This document shows positions 58,851 through 64,000 of a DNA stretch of 64,000 nucleotides, in pieces. The notes below the pieces were generated by a model. It was not told the origin of the DNA. It worked only from the letters and a program-made list of their open reading frames with translations, and did no database searches. Position 1 is the first letter of the stretch. Each line of letters begins with the position of its first letter. Both the position numbers and the translations under genes were made by a program. Origin of the DNA: a virus (taxonomy: Duplodnaviria; Heunggongvirae; Uroviricota; Caudoviricetes); the IMG/VR virus record IMGVR_UViG_3300028888_001839, positions 32,001 to 96,000 of that record, one strand, 5' to 3'.

Positions 58851-60107
58851 ATGGCGAGGAAGAAGTTCAAGTTCGTGGAGATGTTCATCAATCCCGCAAC
58901 GGGAGCGCCGTTCGAGGACACGGGTTCCCCGAAGGTTGTCACTCCAAATCACTTCCCTCCTTTCGTTGGACACCAGATAGCGAGGATTACCTACGAGGAG
59001 AAGGAGATAACCGACGTCCAGTATACCGTTGGCAAGGACGGAAAGGTCACGAAGGGCGAGGAGAAGAAGCGGAAGATACTCGTCGAGAAGATGGGAGAGA
59101 AGGGCGGATGGCTAGAGCAGACATCCAACCTTTCGCAGGACGGCAAGTGCTGGGTTGGGAGCGGCGGCATCGTGTGCGGCAACGGATTCGTGTGCGACGA
59201 CGTGGTTCTTTCGTCTGGCGAGGTCGGAGAGAATGCGAAGGTGGGCGGCAATGCCAAGATAGGCGGTGCGGTCGGCATCGGCGGCAATGCCTACGTGTAC
59301 GGCAAGGCGCAGATAGGCGGAAGCGGACGGATAGCCGTCAGCGGCACGGCGAGGGTGGAAGGGAAAGTCGAGGGAAGCGCCGTCGTGGATGGTAGCGCAT
59401 ACATTGGAGAGAAAGCTACAATCAAGGGCAAGGCCCACGTGACGGGGAACTCCAAGGTCATATCGGGGACGGTCGAGGGGAATGCGGTCGTGGAGGACTG
59501 CGCCACCGTGTACGGGACGGTGAAGGGAGATGCGAAGGTTTACTACGAGGCTATCATCCTGAAGACGGGGAAGGTTGAGGGAAAGGCGGTCGTGGAGTCT
59601 GGGATCATCGAGGGAACGGTGAAGGGGAACGTGCAGATAAACTACGGGCAGGCTTTCATAGGAGAGGGCGGAAGCGTCGAGGGGGCATCTAAACTGTCGG
59701 GCAACGTGTTCGTCAAGTGCGGAGTGAAGAACGGCGCGGAGATGAGCGCGAATGCATCCGCGATGGAGGGCGGGTCGGTGACTGGCGGCAAGATAGAGTC
59801 CAACGGCTCCGTGAAGGGCAAGTCTGAGCAGTGCGTTGTTGGTGGGGCTACGGTCATAGTGGGGAATGCGGGAGGGGCTTCGACATTTGCGGACGGATGC
59901 AGGGTTGGAGAGAGCGGAAACGCTGGGAGCGGAGCATATAGCGGAAGCGCCAACGTGGGAGGCTCTTCGCAGTCTCCGATGAGCGGCAATTCGGTCGTGG
60001 CCCCGGAGGCATCATCCTCGGTGAGTCTCAGCGGCAACATGGTGTTTCAGGAGCAGGGCGACCAGGAACCCGAAGGGGTGGCGGTCGTGTGCAAGGTGGA
60101 AGCATGA
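58851..60107 (+). CDS. Hexapeptide-repeat (left-handed beta-helix) protein
   Basis: 'GEKGGWLEQTSNLSQDGKCWV' followed by GNAKIG-type hexapeptide repeats. Confidence 0.8.
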   Translation: MARKKFKFVEMFINPATGAPFEDTGSPKVVTPNHFPPFVGHQIARITYEEKEITDVQYTVGKDGKVTKGEEKKRKILVEKMGEKGGWLEQTSNLSQDGKCWVGSGGIVCGNGFVCDDVVLSSGEVGENAKVGGNAKIGGAVGIGGNAYVYGKAQIGGSGRIAVSGTARVEGKVEGSAVVDGSAYIGEKATIKGKAHVTGNSKVISGTVEGNAVVEDCATVYGTVKGDAKVYYEAIILKTGKVEGKAVVESGIIEGTVKGNVQINYGQAFIGEGGSVEGASKLSGNVFVKCGVKNGAEMSANASAMEGGSVTGGKIESNGSVKGKSEQCVVGGATVIVGNAGGASTFADGCRVGESGNAGSGAYSGSANVGGSSQSPMSGNSVVAPEASSSVSLSGNMVFQEQGDQEPEGVAVVCKVEA

Positions 60108-60114
60108 CGATTTC

Positions 60115-60158
60115 GGAGGGGCGGCAGTGTGCAGCCGCCTCTCCTTTATATTTTATTT
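60115..60158 (+). terminator. Intrinsic terminator
   Basis: GGAGGGGCGGC/GCCGCCTCTCC stem followed by TTTATATTTT. Confidence 0.7.
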
Positions 60159-60174
60159 CATTAAAGTTGAATTG

Positions 60175-60239
60175 GCCCCTTGCAAGCCGAACATGCTTGT
60201 GGTATAATGTGCGGCGTCAAGGACAAGAAAGGACAACCA
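60175..60239 (+). promoter_or_regulatory. Early promoter P5 plus leader
   Basis: CCCC-TTGCAA(60180)-17 nt-TATAAT(60203), then CGTCAAGGACAAGAAAGGACAACCA-ATG. Confidence 0.85.
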
Positions 60240-60770
60240 ATGAAAGAAGACAACAGCAACAGCGAAACCAAGAAGCCGAGAAAGATTCCGAACCAGAACT
60301 TGATTCCCGCATTCGGGATATACCACCCAAATGCCAAAGGCAACGGCAGCGCGATGTCCGTGCGGATGATGCCCGCCAAGCTCACCCAGACGGGATACGT
60401 GCAGATAGAGCTGGCCAAGCAGTTGACGGTCGGTGATGCGGAGCGCAAGGTGTTCCCCACGTTCAACTGGAAAGACAGGATCATCGTGCGAATCAATCCG
60501 ATCGAGGTGGCGGAAATCGTGCGATGCCTGCGAGGGATGACGGAGAGCATCCGCGACGGGGCGGGATTCGCCCACAAGACGGACGGAAGGGCTTCGAAGA
60601 TCACGATGGTGCATGTTGTGGAGCCAAAGCCGTGCTACCAGTTGAAGGTGATTAGCGAGACGATTGCGGGAGTGGACAGGGAAGTGGCCATCTATATCTA
60701 TAGCGCGGAGGCCACGGCTCTGGAGTGCGCCTTGTCCGCTTCGATGGGACGGCTCTGCTTCGGGGCCTGA
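60240..60770 (+). CDS. Whirly-like single-stranded nucleic-acid-binding protein
   Basis: Motif order matches Whirly domains: IY..K...A, GYVQIELA, FNW....V.I...EVA.I, GFAH, Y.L.V, I.I..AE..L..AL......G. Confidence 0.55.
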   Translation: MKEDNSNSETKKPRKIPNQNLIPAFGIYHPNAKGNGSAMSVRMMPAKLTQTGYVQIELAKQLTVGDAERKVFPTFNWKDRIIVRINPIEVAEIVRCLRGMTESIRDGAGFAHKTDGRASKITMVHVVEPKPCYQLKVISETIAGVDREVAIYIYSAEATALECALSASMGRLCFGA

Positions 60771-60793
60771 AGAAAATAAAAAAATCTTCAATT

Positions 60794-60887
60794 ACCCCCT
60801 TGCAAGCCATTCGGGGTTATGCTACAATATGCGCCGTTCCCCCGCGTGGGGGAGTTCACAAGGACAACGACAAAGCAAGGACTGGCA
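60794..60887 (+). promoter_or_regulatory. Early promoter P6 plus leader
   Basis: CCCCC-TTGCAA(60800)-17 nt-TACAAT(60823); 5' hairpin TCCCCC/GGGGGA, then ACAAGGACAACGACAAAGCAAGGAC. Confidence 0.8.
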
Positions 60888-61142
60888 ATGATAGCAACGA
60901 CCACAAAAAACGGAAAGTCCGTGCGGCTTAGCGCGGACTACCATCTGGACACCGAGCAGGTGTTCTACACGGTGTACTGCGCGGGATGCACCTTCGAGTT
61001 CAACGACTTCGCGCCCGCCGTCAGGGTGTACAAGGCGCTGAGCAACCGCATTGAGGCGGGAATGGCTTTCGACATCATGCTGCAGAATCTCGTGTCTGCC
61101 GCAAGGGCGATGGGATATGTCGTGCGAAAGGCGGTGGCGTGA
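60888..61142 (+). CDS. Hypothetical protein
   Basis: Start set by the P6 leader. Confidence 0.65.
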   Translation: MIATTTKNGKSVRLSADYHLDTEQVFYTVYCAGCTFEFNDFAPAVRVYKALSNRIEAGMAFDIMLQNLVSAARAMGYVVRKAVA

Positions 61143-61840
61143 TGGGCTGGACGACTTGCATGCACTCCTGCTACTGGAAGTACGACAAGAAGGGCAACCG
61201 CACGGTAGACCGCAAGGCCGAGCTCGATGCGCTCTTCACATGGGAGCGGAAGGAGCCGGTTGAATCCTACGGGCATGTCTATCCGCCGATGAAGGACACG
61301 GTACTCAAGTCCTCGATGGTCGGGAGCGTGTACTATGCGGCGGTGAAGAGGGAGCGGCCCGGCAAGGAGCCGGAGGTGTGGGCGGCGATATGCCTTACCC
61401 ATGGACGTGGGCGCGACGGTTCCGTGTGGGGCTACAAGGACATGTGCGAGTCCATGATGCCGTACTATTACGACTGCCCCGCAGGGATTCTCGCCATGCT
61501 CACGCCTACGGACAATGATGATGCTAACAAGTGGCGGGAGGAGTGCCGCAAGAAGATCGCCCGAAAGGCGGAGGAGCGCAAGAACGGTCCGAAACAGCCT
61601 TTTGTGCCGATGGGCGTCTCCGTGACGCAGAAGGGGCATTCGTGGATAATCACGAGCGATGCCTACCGCCAGAAGGTGAACTACCGCTATTGCGGGGTGA
61701 AGTTCTCTAAGGCGAGGTGGCGCGACATTGACAATGCGATGCTCCGTTTCCTCGAAGAGTACGGGACGAAGGAGCAGAAGGCTGAGTTCGCCGCTAGCGG
61801 ACGGGCTTGCCCCGCAGACTGGAAGGGGGCGGCGGCATGA
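61139..61840 (+). CDS. DUF6927-like protein of mobile elements
   Basis: 'VGSVYYAAV...WGYKDMCESMMPYYYDCP..IL..LTP.....A..WR' pattern. Confidence 0.55.
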   Translation: MMGWTTCMHSCYWKYDKKGNRTVDRKAELDALFTWERKEPVESYGHVYPPMKDTVLKSSMVGSVYYAAVKRERPGKEPEVWAAICLTHGRGRDGSVWGYKDMCESMMPYYYDCPAGILAMLTPTDNDDANKWREECRKKIARKAEERKNGPKQPFVPMGVSVTQKGHSWIITSDAYRQKVNYRYCGVKFSKARWRDIDNAMLRFLEEYGTKEQKAEFAASGRACPADWKGAAA

Positions 61841-62094
61841 TCATCGACGTGATTCTCGACAGGAAGGATGCGGAGGAGGACGGCGACGCGACATCCTACA
61901 ACCCTGACGAAGCAATGCTGGATTTACTAGATTATGCTATCACCTTCGGATATGGCTATGTTCGGGAAGCGATTGGGAGCGGTGATGAGGAGAAGATGAA
62001 GACGGCCCTCGTCCGATATGTGACGGAAGAGTACGGCGATAACACAGACATAAAGGAGTATGTCCGCTCCGTGGACTGGCTCCCGAAAAAGTGA
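61837..62094 (+). CDS. Hypothetical protein
   Basis: ATGA overlap at 61837; MIIDVILDRK... Confidence 0.65.
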   Translation: MIIDVILDRKDAEEDGDATSYNPDEAMLDLLDYAITFGYGYVREAIGSGDEEKMKTALVRYVTEEYGDNTDIKEYVRSVDWLPKK

Positions 62095-62107
62095 AAAAGT
62101 TTTGATT

Positions 62108-62205
62108 ACCCACTTGCAAGCCGACCGTAGGTATGGTATACTATGTCCCGTCAAGCCCATGGTGGGCGGACAAACAAGGACAACGACAAGGACAAGGACT
62201 AGACA
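62108..62205 (+). promoter_or_regulatory. Early promoter P7 plus leader
   Basis: TTGCAA(62114)-17 nt-TATACT(62137); GCCCA/TGGGC hairpin, then three ACAAGGAC repeats. Confidence 0.8.
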
Positions 62206-62255
62206 ATGAAGAAACTGATTGAATCCATTCAACCGACACGTAAGGAGGACGGACG

Positions 62256-62771
62256 ATGAGCGCATTCATGGTAAACAACCGAACCCTCACAAAGATAGCC
62301 AAGTACATGGAGGCTTGTGCCAACTATCAGATTGGCAAGGCCCCTGGGCTGTCCGAACTTGAACTTAAGGGGGACTTCAAGCAATACCTGCAGGAACAGG
62401 GGCTTGTGGACAAGACGGGGATGTTCTCCGCTTCGCTGATTCATGGGTATCTCTTCGACAAGAACCGCAAGGCGATTGTGGCGAGGTATGGGGAGGACGA
62501 GCGGATGATGGGGACGTCCCTACCGATGGAGGACGGAGGGACGGCTATCGACATAGCCAAGGAATCCCGCAAGGAGTGGCTTGCGAATCTGTACACGGTG
62601 TGCCGCTGCTACCTCTACCAGATTGAGGAGGGAAACTATCAGGACGATGAGTTCTACTGGCTCTTCAATGAGTGGATTGGGCAGATGGCGGCAATACTGG
62701 CGGAGTATGTGGTGAATGAGGTTCGTCCGTACAAGGTTGGAGAGCCGTACAAGAGCTGGGAAGAGTTCTAA
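62256..62771 (+). CDS. Conserved hypothetical protein (MSAF...N..A...RY...CY.YQ..E family)
   Basis: AAGGAGG Shine-Dalgarno; 171 aa. Confidence 0.75.
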   Translation: MSAFMVNNRTLTKIAKYMEACANYQIGKAPGLSELELKGDFKQYLQEQGLVDKTGMFSASLIHGYLFDKNRKAIVARYGEDERMMGTSLPMEDGGTAIDIAKESRKEWLANLYTVCRCYLYQIEEGNYQDDEFYWLFNEWIGQMAAILAEYVVNEVRPYKVGEPYKSWEEF

Positions 62772-63600
62772 AAATTTGCGGCATGGTGCCGTGAAAGCCG
62801 CTGGGGACTTCGAGTAGTGTTCCTCGGCGGCTTAGTTGTACCCCGAAATCCCGCGAAATTCGCCCCTTCCTGCTCTTCCGAGGGCGTGAGGGGTATCGTC
62901 TATCATCCTGACCGCTCGGAGGGCAAGAAGAGCCGTTCAAGCCGCCTAAAATCAAATGCTAGGTTTTTGGGGAGGTGTGGGGCAACGGCTACGATGCCGA
63001 AACAGGGGGCTAGGAAGCCGCAGGAGAGCGAGGAAGGGCTTGGAGGCATGGGAGTGCCATCCTAACCGAATGGAGGGCTTGTGGAGGCTCTGATGCCCGA
63101 ATCCGTGAGGGGTGTGGGAGCTAAAGCCGTGGAGGGAGAAAAAGAGCGGTTTTCGGGATGCCGATTTTTGGGGAGGGTCTTCTCGCGCGTGGGCGTCGCG
63201 CGCATAGATGACGGAGACTCTTTTTAAGAAGTAGCGAATGGTTAATAACTACTTGAACTTACATAATATGCGGTAGGGAGGGGTTTGAAGGGGTGTATTG
63301 GGGAGGGGTGACGGATAGTAACACTACTATAGTATTTCTTTATAGGGGTACATAGGGGGAAGTTTCTTTGACGGGGAGGGGAGAGAGGGGGAACTTTAAG
63401 GGAAAACTTAAAAAGCGGGTTGATAGGTAGATTTTCGGGGATAACTAAAAACGGAAAGCTCACTGCAGGAAATTTATTTTCAATTATAGGGCATGAGACT
63501 CGTGCTTTTTAGAAGATTGTTTTTTCAATTATAGTGTTTTTTTCGGCAAAATCCTACAAAAATGTCGTAAAAATGGGTTGTAGTTTACATAACAACACCG

Positions 63601-63844
63601 ATTTTTCTGCTAAAAATGGAACTAGAATTTCTGCTAAGCGTCCTGCTAAGCGTTCTGCTAGAAAATGGAGATTTTATGCGACATTTATATTATCGTTTGT
63701 AGATTAAAAAAGTGTATCGTTTTTCAGTTATAGCGATTAAAGTTGACATAACAGTGCTAAAATTCCTGCTAAGAGTTCTGCTACGGAATTTGCTACCTGT
63801 TTTGCTATGCGGTTTGCTAAACATCCGTGATATTATGCGACATT
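63601..63844. repeat. Two arrays of 12-bp-period TGCTA repeats, each followed by TTATGCGACATT
   Basis: TGCTA at 63608, 63632, 63644, 63656 and at 63755, 63767, 63779, 63791, 63803, 63815. Confidence 0.9.
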
Positions 63845-63907
63845 GTGTAAACGACCCTTTTTCGGGGCTTTTGGATGGGTTGAAAATTTTTTAACTTTTT
63901 TCTCAAT

Positions 63908-64000
63908 ACCCCCTTGCAAGCCGACCGAATGTGTGGTACAATATGCGGCGTCTTGCGGGACAAGGGTTCCGAGAGACACCCAACAAGGACAAAGACAAAC
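63908..64000 (+). promoter_or_regulatory. Early promoter P8 plus leader (gene lies beyond the window)
   Basis: CCCCC-TTGCAA(63914)-17 nt-TACAAT(63937); 5' hairpin, then ACAAGGACAAAGACAAAC. Confidence 0.8.

Noticed and set aside
50216-58973. Long overlapping or antisense ORFs (e.g. 50216..51691-, 50950..51852+, 53624..54451-, 55287..56147-, 57909..58973-)
   Set aside because: Shadow ORFs produced by the extreme codon and skew bias of the real + strand genes; low-complexity translations without expression signals.
51740-63191. CACGCGCG (51740) and CGCGCGTG (63184) as inverted ends of an invertible segment
   Set aside because: Only 8 bp, no recombinase in view, and gene orientation is unchanged across both sites.
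63601-63844. CRISPR array or the 63712..63894 ORF as explanation of the repeats
   Set aside because: The 5-bp cores with a 12-bp period are far too short for CRISPR. The ORF covers only one array and lacks a Shine-Dalgarno.
1-64000. Stop-codon reassignment (TAG)
   Set aside because: Many genes end in TAG at normal gene boundaries and the giant ORFs have no internal TAG; only one isolated case (41521).

Overview
A 64-kb segment of a large contractile-tailed (myovirus-like) phage genome. Every credible gene is on the + strand except one IS605-family TnpB insertion. 1-7.3 kb: baseplate and fibre module (hub, Gp138/gp45-like spike with HxH tip, baseplate J, DUF2612-like wedge, two fibre-like paralogs). 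7.3-8.7 kb: non-autonomous IS200/IS605 element with a catalytically intact tnpB and both end hairpins. 8.7-33.8 kb: two ~3,600-aa proteins built from alternating BspA-type LRR solenoids and PKD-like (xDWGDG) domains. One is fused to a gp46/gpW-like baseplate wedge domain, the other carries a signal-peptide-like N-terminus. They flank a small protein made of two copies of a helical motif also found once in the first giant, and are followed by a third signal-peptide protein. 34-52 kb and 60-63 kb: many small early-type genes behind eight near-identical sigma70-type promoters with U-poor ACAAGGAC leaders, including a Whirly-like ssDNA-binding protein. 52-60 kb: Lar-like protein, lipoproteins, a ParB / basic protein / PP-loop (PAPS reductase-like) / TerS-like cluster, and a hexapeptide-repeat protein. 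An extreme GC-skew inversion sits at ~52.3 kb on an AT-rich imperfect palindrome next to a nearly G-free microsatellite tract, and a duplicated 12-bp-period TGCTA array sits at 63.6-63.85 kb. All family assignments are by eye; no searches were run. No rRNA, tRNA, CRISPR array or reverse transcriptase was seen.
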